Source of the DNA: Alphaproteobacteria bacterium
Lineage (GTDB): Bacteria; Pseudomonadota; Alphaproteobacteria; Micavibrionales; Micavibrionaceae
Assembly: GCA_028277665.1 (NCBI GenBank)
Contig: JANQFU010000014.1
Location: 4,926 to 68,925, forward strand
Reading direction: 5' to 3'
Length of the DNA stretch: 64,000 nt
The notes under the pieces were generated by a model. The model was not told the origin of the DNA and ran no database searches. It was given only the letters and a program-made list of their open reading frames with translations. Positions 54,141 to 62,677 of this stretch are shown here, piece by piece. The number at the start of each line of letters is the position of its first letter. The first letter of the stretch is position 1. Both the position numbers and the translations under genes were made by a program.

Positions 54141-55793
54141 ATGGCAGGTATACCGGGTATAATGTCGTCGCGTACGGTGCTGATCGCCGGAGACGAATCC
54201 CTGCATTTTTATAAAGCCTCCGGGAAAAAGGCGGTTCACGTCATATCTCTGTCGTGGGAAACGGAGGACTTTGAAAAACGGGCGGCCCGCCTTCTGGAAA
54301 AAGAATGCGGCGGACGTCCTGTAACGATTCTTTACGACCTTGTAGAGCAGCATTACAGGAAAGAGCCGGTTCCGAGCGTCAGTGTCCTTGACAAAAAACA
54401 TGTCATCGACCGGAAGCTGATGATGGCGTTCCCGAACTACCCGGCTGTGGCGGCAATGCCGCTGAAAGAGAAACCGGGCATCGGGACTCCGTCCGGTGGA
54501 AAAGCCTCGGGATCCGGTGTGCGGGGCGCGTCCCAATATCTGTTTGCGGCCTTGCCGAATTCGGACATTCTGCGCAAGCTGATCAGGACAGCCAGAAAAA
54601 CGCATCTGAATATTTCCGGCTTTGGGTTGTTGCCGGTCGAATCTTCGGCAATGGCCTCCCAGCTCTCCAGAGCCGTTTCAAAAGGGAAAAAACCCTCCAG
54701 ATGGGTCGTGATGATCGGCCAGCACCGCAACGGCATGCTGCGGCAGATTATCACAAAGAACGGAGAGATCGCTCTGACCCGTCTGACGCCGATTGTCGAC
54801 TCGGATAGCGATGTGTCTTTATGGGCTTCGGATGTTGCCGGGGAATTCAAGGCGACCATGAGTTATCTTAGCCGGTTCGGGTACAACCCGAAAGACGGTC
54901 TGGATGTCATTCTGATTTCAAAACCTGAAGCCGGTCAGGCTGCCGCAGAGAGGATCTCGGAGCCGTGCCGGTTTACGCACATGACCTTGAGAGAGGCCGG
55001 AAAAATTCTGGGGATCTCGCTTCCAAAGGAGAAAGATCTGCGTTATGCGGATGCGCTTCATGCGGCATGGACCGCACGCAGACCGGCGCTTGTCCTGCCT
55101 GTTCGCTGCGCTGAATTATCGGCGATTACGCTGCCGAGAAAAGCGGTGTCTGCGCTTGGGCTTGTCCTGTTTATCGGCGGTGTAGGGCTGGCCGGTTACT
55201 TTTTTCACAGTTTCGAACAATATGCCGGGCGGCAGGCGGCGTTGACCAGAGTTGAGAAGCAATTGGCTGCCGTGCAGGCCGAATACGACGAAGAAGTGCG
55301 CAAAAAGAAAGAAATGGGGGTCGATGTCGAGCTTCTTCAGGGAAGCATTGATGCGTATATCAATCTGGAAAAAAACAACATTCAGCCGCTTTGGACTATA
55401 AAACAGATCGGATCCGCCCTGGGGAACGGCCTCACGCTTGAGAGCATAAATATTCAAAAAATCGAGAGAGATCCGGCGCCGCTTGACGAGAGATCCGGCC
55501 GCCGGGGCAGGCGCGGCGGAGAGGATGCCCGGCCCGCAGGCGGGTATTCCCGGACGGCAATCGAGATCAAATTTCCGCCTGAAACAGATCCGGCAAAAGG
55601 AATTCAGGAAATCAAGCGGTTGCGGGACCGGATTCAGAAAGCGCTCCCGGATTATGACGTTTTCGTCAGCCGCCAGATTGCCGATCTGAGTTGGCGCGCG
55701 GATATTCAGGGCACTGCGGGGGGGGCAGAGGAAAAAAACACCCAGGACTATGTCGCGGAACTTGTAATCAGAGGGCCGAAGAATGCAGATTGA
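54141..55793 (+). CDS. PilM-like cytoplasmic domain fused to TM + PilN-like coiled coil (GspL-like architecture)
   Basis: A ~330-aa cytoplasmic region, a single TM (AVSALGLVLFIGGVGLAGYFF), a coiled coil (RQAALTRVEKQLAAVQAEYDEEVRKKKE) and a periplasmic domain. Its position directly after pilC is supportive. The assignment rests on architecture, not motifs. Confidence 0.5.
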   Translation: MAGIPGIMSSRTVLIAGDESLHFYKASGKKAVHVISLSWETEDFEKRAARLLEKECGGRPVTILYDLVEQHYRKEPVPSVSVLDKKHVIDRKLMMAFPNYPAVAAMPLKEKPGIGTPSGGKASGSGVRGASQYLFAALPNSDILRKLIRTARKTHLNISGFGLLPVESSAMASQLSRAVSKGKKPSRWVVMIGQHRNGMLRQIITKNGEIALTRLTPIVDSDSDVSLWASDVAGEFKATMSYLSRFGYNPKDGLDVILISKPEAGQAAAERISEPCRFTHMTLREAGKILGISLPKEKDLRYADALHAAWTARRPALVLPVRCAELSAITLPRKAVSALGLVLFIGGVGLAGYFFHSFEQYAGRQAALTRVEKQLAAVQAEYDEEVRKKKEMGVDVELLQGSIDAYINLEKNNIQPLWTIKQIGSALGNGLTLESINIQKIERDPAPLDERSGRRGRRGGEDARPAGGYSRTAIEIKFPPETDPAKGIQEIKRLRDRIQKALPDYDVFVSRQIADLSWRADIQGTAGGAEEKNTQDYVAELVIRGPKNAD

Positions 55794-56436
55794 TGTTATG
55801 GCCGCAGGGAAGAGCCGGCTTTTTATTGTGTTCGTTTTGTTCGTCCTGAATGTATTCATGGCCGGGGTTGTCACGCAGTTCTTTATGCCCGAGACGACGC
55901 GCCTGTCGAGGGAAGTTTCCAAAACCGAACGCGACCTCCGGAAAACGAAAGCGGATGTCCGGACGTTCAAGGAAAAATATCAGGAAATCGAAGCTGAAAA
56001 AGAAAAATATAATGCCTTGATAAAAAACGGTTTTTTTGGCGGGCAGGACAGGGCGAGAGTTCGGGATCTGTTTGATTCCCTTCAGGACGTTTCGCATGTT
56101 TTCCGGGCGACATATACCGTCAGTCCCGCCCTTTTCGAAAAAAACGAAAATATCAGAAAAGCGGGGCACGTCATTTTGAACAGCCCGGTAACGGTACGGG
56201 TCGATGCGATTGACGATATTGATATTTACCGGTTTATCCATCTGATTGAAGACAGATTCCCTGGGCATACGGAAATCAGAAACATTCGGATTGTCAAAGA
56301 CAGGGAGGTCACTCAAAGCGTTCTGCGCGCAATCGGAAACAACACGCCTGTCCGGTTGGTCGGCGCCGATATTTCCTTTAACTGGCGGACCGTCATTCCG
56401 GAGGAAGCCGCGGAAGAAGAAGGAGAAGGGCGATGA
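55783..56436 (+). CDS. PilO/GspM-like bitopic assembly protein
   Basis: N-terminal TM (LFIVFVLFVLNVFMAGVV), a coiled coil (REVSKTERDLRKTKADVRTFKEKYQEIEAEKEKYNAL) and a ~110-aa C-terminal domain. It overlaps the upstream gene. Confidence 0.45.
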   Translation: MQIDVMAAGKSRLFIVFVLFVLNVFMAGVVTQFFMPETTRLSREVSKTERDLRKTKADVRTFKEKYQEIEAEKEKYNALIKNGFFGGQDRARVRDLFDSLQDVSHVFRATYTVSPALFEKNENIRKAGHVILNSPVTVRVDAIDDIDIYRFIHLIEDRFPGHTEIRNIRIVKDREVTQSVLRAIGNNTPVRLVGADISFNWRTVIPEEAAEEEGEGR

Positions 56437-57209
56437 ATAACGTCAAACAACCGGGACTCTCCCGCTCTGCCGCCTTTGTTTGTTTCCGGTCCGGCGCATT
56501 GTGTCTGGCGGCGTTTATGCTGTCGGTATGGCTCGGTCTGTTGCCGGTCCCGGCTTTTGCGCAGGACCGCGCAACATCCCCTCTTGTTCCGGGACGAATT
56601 TCACGCGATGCGGCGATCATCGATAATGCTTTGCGGACGATGAACAAACCGGCGGCAAAGGCTCAGGAAGAAGAGACCGGAGACACTCCGGTTTACGAAA
56701 ACCCTTTCATGGATTACGGCATAGATCTGATCGGAGAGGATGAAAAATTTTATACGGCATCGGGTGAAGTTTTGATCCGCAAGATCGATATCGCCGCCGA
56801 CCTGCCATGGCGGCGTCCGTCTGTCAATCCGGATTCCGTGACATCCCTGTTTTTTACGGCATGGACCCGCCAGTTGATCCGGGAGGTTCGGCAAGGCGGG
56901 ATCTTCGCGCTTGAACCGGAACCCTCGGAGCTCAGAAAAGACGCTGCGGTTCCGAAAACATGGCCCAAGCCTCAGGGGATGCTGGCGCTCTCCGGGATAT
57001 CCTACCATTCGAACGATAACTGGACGATCTGGCTGAACGGCAAGCGGATCACGCCCAACGCGTTGCCGAAAGAGGTTCTGGATTTAAAGGTTCGCCGGAA
57101 TTATATCGATGTTAAATGGTTTGATTCGAGATCGAATACCGTTTTCCCTGTCAGGCTCAGGCCGCATCAGAGATTCGATCTCTCGTCCAGAATGTTTCTT
57201 CCGGGATGA
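56433..57209 (+). CDS. periplasmic protein, possibly PilP/MshK-like
   Basis: Signal peptide ending AFAQ. The C-terminal segment LALSGISYHSNDNWTIWLNGKRITPN...IDVKWFD resembles a PilP beta-domain. There is an ATGA overlap with the upstream gene. Confidence 0.35.
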   Translation: MNNVKQPGLSRSAAFVCFRSGALCLAAFMLSVWLGLLPVPAFAQDRATSPLVPGRISRDAAIIDNALRTMNKPAAKAQEEETGDTPVYENPFMDYGIDLIGEDEKFYTASGEVLIRKIDIAADLPWRRPSVNPDSVTSLFFTAWTRQLIREVRQGGIFALEPEPSELRKDAAVPKTWPKPQGMLALSGISYHSNDNWTIWLNGKRITPNALPKEVLDLKVRRNYIDVKWFDSRSNTVFPVRLRPHQRFDLSSRMFLPG

Positions 57210-57210
57210 G

Positions 57211-57966
57211 ATGGAAAAAGGCGCCGAACAAAACGGGCAGGACGTGCTTTCCGTCGAGAGCCTTGATTTTTCCTACGGTACGGACCATGTCCTCAAAGCG
57301 GCCTCGCTGACGGTACGCCGTGGAGAGATTTTCGGTCTGGTCGGTTTGAACGGTGCGGGGAAAACGACTCTGATCAAAACCGTTCTCGGTCTTTCGGATC
57401 CGGATTCCGGTACGATACGTGTGCTGGGCCGTTCCCGGCGTGATCGGTATGCCCGGGAGAATATGTCCTTTCTTCCCGAGCGTTTCGATCCGCCGTGGTT
57501 TCTGACGGGGTATGGTTTTATCCGTTTCTCGCTTTCGTTATATGGTGCGCATACGTGCAAAAAAGACATCCATCAGGCCGCGGATTTTTTATCTCTGGAA
57601 CGGGCTTCTTTAAAACGGAAAGTCCAGAGTTATTCGAAAGGGATGCGTCAGAAACTTGGTCTGATTGCAACGGCTCTGGTTCCGTGTCCTCTTCTGATCC
57701 TCGATGAGCCGATGAGCGGGCTGGATCCCCAGGCGCGGGCGCAGGTGAAAAAGCTGATGTTTTCAGCCCGGGATCGGGGACAAACGGTTTTTTTTAGCTC
57801 CCACATTCTTTCGGATATCGATGAGATCTGCGACAGGATAGGCGTGCTGCATGACGGCCGCGTGATGTATGAAGGGGCCCCCGGCGGTCTGAAGAGCGCC
57901 GCGGGATATGCGGATCTGGAAAAAAGTTTTCTGAAATATGTTGGCGTCCCGCAGGATTCGGCATGA
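57211..57966 (+). CDS. ABC transporter ATP-binding protein (no permease adjacent)
   Basis: Walker A GLNGAGKTT, signature YSKGMRQKL, Walker B LLILDEPMSGLD and H-loop FFSSHIL. The ATG lies 2 nt after the upstream stop. Confidence 0.85.
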   Translation: MEKGAEQNGQDVLSVESLDFSYGTDHVLKAASLTVRRGEIFGLVGLNGAGKTTLIKTVLGLSDPDSGTIRVLGRSRRDRYARENMSFLPERFDPPWFLTGYGFIRFSLSLYGAHTCKKDIHQAADFLSLERASLKRKVQSYSKGMRQKLGLIATALVPCPLLILDEPMSGLDPQARAQVKKLMFSARDRGQTVFFSSHILSDIDEICDRIGVLHDGRVMYEGAPGGLKSAAGYADLEKSFLKYVGVPQDSA

Positions 57967-58073
57967 AGGAAAAGCTTTGGAATCTTCTTTGAATCGTCTA
58001 GAGTGTTAGCCGATGGACGGACGTCTCTAATACGGAACGGCGTGATACAAACCCGAGGATCAGGGGAACGAAG

Positions 58074-59255
58074 ATGAGCATGAAAAAACGAACACAGGCA
58101 ATTGCGCTGACATCCGTTTTGGGAATCGGTTTTGTGGTCGCGATATGTGGGGCGTCCGCAAAAGCAGAGAGTGTTGCCTCAGGTCTTCAGGCTGCGTCGG
58201 CACCGGCGCCGCTTTTTCTTCATCCTGAGATTTCTGTCACGGAAACGGCGCAAATGTTGCCGGATCTTGCAACGGGAACGTCCCGCCGGGTTAATCCCGT
58301 GCAGGCTTTTGATGAGTCCTCTGCGGATGAAGACGCCTTTTACACGCGGAATTTTCAGTTGGCGCAGGTCTTGAACGGGATCGCGCCTTCGGCAGGAGAC
58401 GTTACAGGAGAGGCGTTATCCGGGCTGCCGGAAGATGAAGAGGGAGTCATTCCGGTCGAAGAACGAAACGTTCAGCGTCCGGTCATGCCTTTGGAAGAAA
58501 CCGGTGAGTCTGCATCGAGCGACGTTCCGAAAACCGGTGAAACGAAAGGCCCTGATGTTTACTACGACTCTGCCGCTATGCTGCCGCCGGAAGAGACTTT
58601 GCCGGAGCCGAGAAAAGCCGATCCCCGGACGGAGCCGGCGCAAAAATATGTTATCGTGGATATCGAGTCCGGAACAGACAGTATGGAAGCCGGAATTGCG
58701 GCGGCAAACCGGGCTCTGGCACTGGGCCGTCCTGAGACCGCGCTTTCGATGTTTGAAGATTTGTATAACAGGAACAAGAAAGATCAGCGGGTTTTGATGG
58801 GCCTCGGTGTTGCAAACCAGAAACTCGGACGGATCGGAGATGCGCTTGATGCATATCAGGGGCTTCTCGACCTGAATCCCGGCGCAACGGATGCCCTGAT
58901 CAACATGATGGGGTTGATTGCCAAACACGATCCGGCACAGGCATTGCGTGAACTTTTGGACCTTCGTAAATCTTACCCGAACCATCCCCGGCTTGCGGCA
59001 CAGACAGGATTGACGCATGCGGCGCTCGGCAATCTGATGGAAGCGCGCCGCTATCTCGGGATTGCGATGTCGCTCGATGCGTTCGATCCGCGCAATGCCT
59101 ACAATATGGCGGTGATTTCGGATCGGCTCGGCGACAGGAAAGAGGCGATAAAATACTATGAACAGGCGCTTGATCTGGCGAGATCTTCCGGGGAGTCGGA
59201 AGTTTTGCCGCGGAACCAGATATACGAGCGCCTTTCGCGCCTGAGAAATGGCTGA
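58074..59255 (+). CDS. TPR-repeat periplasmic protein (PilF/PilW/MshN-like position)
   Basis: Signal peptide, an acidic/Pro-rich linker, then C-terminal TPR units (ALSMFEDLYNRN..., ALDAYQGLLDLNP..., AIKYYEQALDL). Confidence 0.7.
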   Translation: MSMKKRTQAIALTSVLGIGFVVAICGASAKAESVASGLQAASAPAPLFLHPEISVTETAQMLPDLATGTSRRVNPVQAFDESSADEDAFYTRNFQLAQVLNGIAPSAGDVTGEALSGLPEDEEGVIPVEERNVQRPVMPLEETGESASSDVPKTGETKGPDVYYDSAAMLPPEETLPEPRKADPRTEPAQKYVIVDIESGTDSMEAGIAAANRALALGRPETALSMFEDLYNRNKKDQRVLMGLGVANQKLGRIGDALDAYQGLLDLNPGATDALINMMGLIAKHDPAQALRELLDLRKSYPNHPRLAAQTGLTHAALGNLMEARRYLGIAMSLDAFDPRNAYNMAVISDRLGDRKEAIKYYEQALDLARSSGESEVLPRNQIYERLSRLRNG

Positions 59256-59275
59256 TATCCGGATTTTGAGCGGAC

Positions 59276-60055
59276 GTGGACGTGATGACCGATGTGTCGT
59301 GGGGGATGTTTCCCGGATCGCAGATTTTCTTTCTTTCCTTTTATGTTCTGATTGGCCTCTGTCTGGGCAGTTTTGCAAGCGTTCTTGCTCACAGGATCCC
59401 GTCCCGTGTGTCGTGGTCGGCGCTTCGGGGATGTAATGCTCGTTCTGCCTGCCCGGTTTGCCGGCATGTGTTGTGCTGGAAAGATTTGATTCCGCTCCTG
59501 TCATGGGCGCGCACCCGGGGGAAATGCGCCTATTGCGGCGCGCCGGTCGGATGGAGTTATCCCGCCCTTGAGGGGCTTTGCGGCATTCTTGCTTTGTTTG
59601 TCGGGATCGGGTACGGAATGACGGTGCCCTCCCTTTTTCTCCTGGCAATGATCCCGGTTCTTTCGGCCATGATTGTCATTGATTTGCGGCATCAGATTCT
59701 TCCGGACGTATTGTCGGGGGCTTTTTTCCTGCTAGGGCTCGCGTTTGTGTGGAGCTCGGGCATGCCGGTTTCCTTGCATTTTCTTGCCTCGCTTTACTAT
59801 GCCGGATTAATTTACGCTCTGGGGTGGTTGACCGGCCGAGCTGTTGGAAAACCGGCTCTCGGAATGGGGGATGTCAAGCTTGTCGCGGGGGCCGGGTTGA
59901 TTTTGGGGGCGCAGGCGTTGCCGTTTTTCATGTGCCTCTCCGGGGCCGGCGGACTGGTCACGGGACTTCTTTTCATGTACGCTCTGAAGAAGACAGGATG
60001 TTTTCCATTCGGTCCGGCTTTAATTTTATCGTTCTGGGTTTTGCTGTTTCTTTAA
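59276..60055 (+). CDS. pilD: prepilin peptidase / N-methyltransferase (A24 family)
   Basis: CLGSFASVLAHRIP, the CPVC...CAYCG zinc motif, and catalytic-Asp contexts IVIDLRHQILPD and GMGDVKLVAGAG. The start is ambiguous (GTG 59276 or ATG 59285). Confidence 0.85.
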   Translation: MDVMTDVSWGMFPGSQIFFLSFYVLIGLCLGSFASVLAHRIPSRVSWSALRGCNARSACPVCRHVLCWKDLIPLLSWARTRGKCAYCGAPVGWSYPALEGLCGILALFVGIGYGMTVPSLFLLAMIPVLSAMIVIDLRHQILPDVLSGAFFLLGLAFVWSSGMPVSLHFLASLYYAGLIYALGWLTGRAVGKPALGMGDVKLVAGAGLILGAQALPFFMCLSGAGGLVTGLLFMYALKKTGCFPFGPALILSFWVLLFL

Positions 60056-60212
60056 GCTGGAGGAATATTTTGTTGCTCTCTTTACATTCTGTTAGTTTTT
60101 TTGATCTATCGTGTCCTCCGGTATCGCTTCTTTTGCTCCGGTTGCGGCAGGGCATCCGCGTTTCACAGATATGATTTTACAGCTATGATCAAATTAGGAT
60201 AGGGAGGCAATC

Positions 60213-61385
60213 TTGGACTTAACCCAGCTTCTGGCTTTTTCGATGCAAAATGAGGCATCCGACCTCCATCTGGCCGCAGGAAACCCTGCGATCATTCGGG
60301 TTCACGGCCAAATCAAGCGCGTGAAAGGGGATCCGCTTTCGAGTGACGATATCCGTGGCATGCTGTATTCCGTCATGACGGATGATCAGCGGGCAGAGTA
60401 TGAGAAGGATCTGGAGCTCGATTTTGCGATCGCGTTTGGTGACAAGGCCCGTTTCCGGGTGAACGCCTATACGTCGAGGAATGGCGTGTGTGCCGTTTTC
60501 CGGACGATTCCGACCGAGGTCCCGACAATGGCGGAACTTGGTTTGCCGCCGATCATGCGGCGTTTTGCCGAACTTGAAAAGGGAATTATCCTGATTACCG
60601 GTCCGACGGGAAGCGGGAAATCTACGACGCTTGCATCAATGGTCAACCATATCAACCAAACCATGGCCAAGCATATCATGACCATTGAAGATCCTGTGGA
60701 ATTCTTCCATGCGTCGCAAAAATCTCTCGTTAATCACAGGGAAGTCGGTGCGGACACGCATTCTTTCAAGAGGGCTCTGAAGAGCGCGTTGCGGGAAGAT
60801 CCGGACGTGATCCTTGTGGGAGAGATGCGGGATTACGAAACGATCTCGCTTGCGCTGACGGCGGCGGAAACGGGGCACCTTGTCTTCGGAACCCTTCATG
60901 CAAGCTCGGCGGCCAAAACAATCGACAGGGTTCTGGACGTGTTCCCGGGCGAGGACAAGGCCATGGCCCGGGCGATGCTCTCGGGATCGCTTCAGGGTGT
61001 GGCCGCCCAAAATCTCCTTCGTAAAGTCAACGGGGGACGGGTCGGGGCATTTGAAATTCTGGTCGGAACGAATGCCGTCCGGAACCTGATCAGAGAAAAT
61101 CAGGTGGCGCAGATTTATTCGATGATTCAGACGGGGGCGCGTTACGGGATGATCACGATGGAAGACGCCGTCAGGGATCTCCTCGAATCCGGAGAGATTT
61201 CCCAGGACGAATCGCGCCGCGTTCTGATTAAAACAACCGACGAAGCGGCTGAAAGCTCTGACGATTCCGGCGAGTATGTTGCGGCATCGCTCGGTGGTGG
61301 GCGCCGTAACCCCCAGCCTGCCGGAGACCGTGGCGAAGATGGACGGGGCGGTGACACCGGGAACGGCGGAGGATATTCGTTTTGA
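60213..61385 (+). CDS. pilT: twitching-motility retraction ATPase PilT
   Basis: MDLTQLLAFSMQNEASDLHL N-terminus (TTG start after GGGAGG), Walker A GPTGSGKST, GHLVFGTLHAS and AVRNLIRENQ. It carries a Gly/Arg/Asp-rich C-terminal tail. Confidence 0.9.
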   Translation: MDLTQLLAFSMQNEASDLHLAAGNPAIIRVHGQIKRVKGDPLSSDDIRGMLYSVMTDDQRAEYEKDLELDFAIAFGDKARFRVNAYTSRNGVCAVFRTIPTEVPTMAELGLPPIMRRFAELEKGIILITGPTGSGKSTTLASMVNHINQTMAKHIMTIEDPVEFFHASQKSLVNHREVGADTHSFKRALKSALREDPDVILVGEMRDYETISLALTAAETGHLVFGTLHASSAAKTIDRVLDVFPGEDKAMARAMLSGSLQGVAAQNLLRKVNGGRVGAFEILVGTNAVRNLIRENQVAQIYSMIQTGARYGMITMEDAVRDLLESGEISQDESRRVLIKTTDEAAESSDDSGEYVAASLGGGRRNPQPAGDRGEDGRGGDTGNGGGYSF

Positions 61386-62515
61386 ACGCAGAGACGGTTT
61401 TTTCGTATCTGAACCGGATGAACGAAACAGGGGCCAGCGATCTCTATATGACCGTCGGTTATCCGCCGGCGTTGCGGATTGAAAACAAGATTGTGCCGAT
61501 TGACGGCGTGCCTTTGGATCCTCCGGCCGTTCACGATATCATGAATGCGGTTCTGACCGGCCGCCAGCTCAGGGAGTTTGAGACGGCGCAGGAACTGAAT
61601 TCGGCGCTTGATATAGGAGAATACGGGCGTTTTCGGGTGAACGTGTTGCGGCAACGGCAGCATGCGGCGCTGGTAATTCGCCGGATTGTCTCAAAAATAC
61701 CGGATTTTGAGACGCTGCGACTCCCCAGGATTCTGAAAGATCTCGTGATGGAGCCCCGGGGATTGGTCCTGATCAGTGGTATGACGGGAAGCGGGAAATC
61801 GACGACTCTTGCGTCGATGATCGACTACAGAAATGAAAACACCACGGGGCATATCATCACGATCGAGGATCCGATCGAATTTTATCACGAGCATCGCGGT
61901 TGTATTGTGACCCAGCGGGAAGTTGGCGTGGATACCGAATCATACGCCGTCGCAATGAAAAATGCACTCCGCCAGCGGCCGGATGTCATTCTGGTGGGAG
62001 AGGCGCGGGACCGGGAAGTTATGGAGCAGGCGCTCACGATTGCGGAAACCGGGCATTTATGTCTTGCCACGCTCCACACGAGCAATGCCTATCAGGCGAT
62101 TGAGAGGATTGTGAATTTGTTTCCTGAAGATATGTATCCGCAGGTTCGGATGAACTTGTCCATGAATCTTCGGGCGATCGTCTCTCAGCGTCTTGTTCGG
62201 TCGGTGGATGGAAAAATGGCGTTGGCGCTCGAAATTATGCTCAATCAGGGGCTGGTTCGGGAGCTTATTGAAAAAGGCGAAGTCGGGAAAATAAAGGACG
62301 TGATGGAGCAGAACATTACATCGGGGATGTGTACGTTCGACCATTCTTTGGCCATGCTCTGGCGGGAAGGGATTATTTCCGAAGGAATGGCTGTGTCTCA
62401 GGCCGATAAATCCGGGGACATGAAGCTGCGGCTGCAACGGATCAAACACGGGACGGATCACGCCCTGTTCGATATGATGGACACCTCTTTATTGTCGATT
62501 TCGGAATCGGAATAA
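61382..62515 (+). CDS. pilU: PilT-paralog ATPase PilU
   Basis: ASDLYMTVGYPPALRIENK, Walker A GMTGSGKST and GHLCLATLHTSNA. The TTG start overlaps the pilT stop (TTGA). Confidence 0.85.
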   Translation: MNAETVFSYLNRMNETGASDLYMTVGYPPALRIENKIVPIDGVPLDPPAVHDIMNAVLTGRQLREFETAQELNSALDIGEYGRFRVNVLRQRQHAALVIRRIVSKIPDFETLRLPRILKDLVMEPRGLVLISGMTGSGKSTTLASMIDYRNENTTGHIITIEDPIEFYHEHRGCIVTQREVGVDTESYAVAMKNALRQRPDVILVGEARDREVMEQALTIAETGHLCLATLHTSNAYQAIERIVNLFPEDMYPQVRMNLSMNLRAIVSQRLVRSVDGKMALALEIMLNQGLVRELIEKGEVGKIKDVMEQNITSGMCTFDHSLAMLWREGIISEGMAVSQADKSGDMKLRLQRIKHGTDHALFDMMDTSLLSISESE

Positions 62516-62677
62516 CCGGGCTTCTTTTTCCTGCCCGGAAAACGCGTCTTCTTTTTGTTCAAAATATCATTGCAAGAGAGCCTTCCGGTCTTTATCCTTT
62601 AAAAGACTATGAATCGCACCATAGCCGGAAAAGGCGGTCAGGTGCCCTTCCTGTGCTTCACAACGGATCAGAAAATC

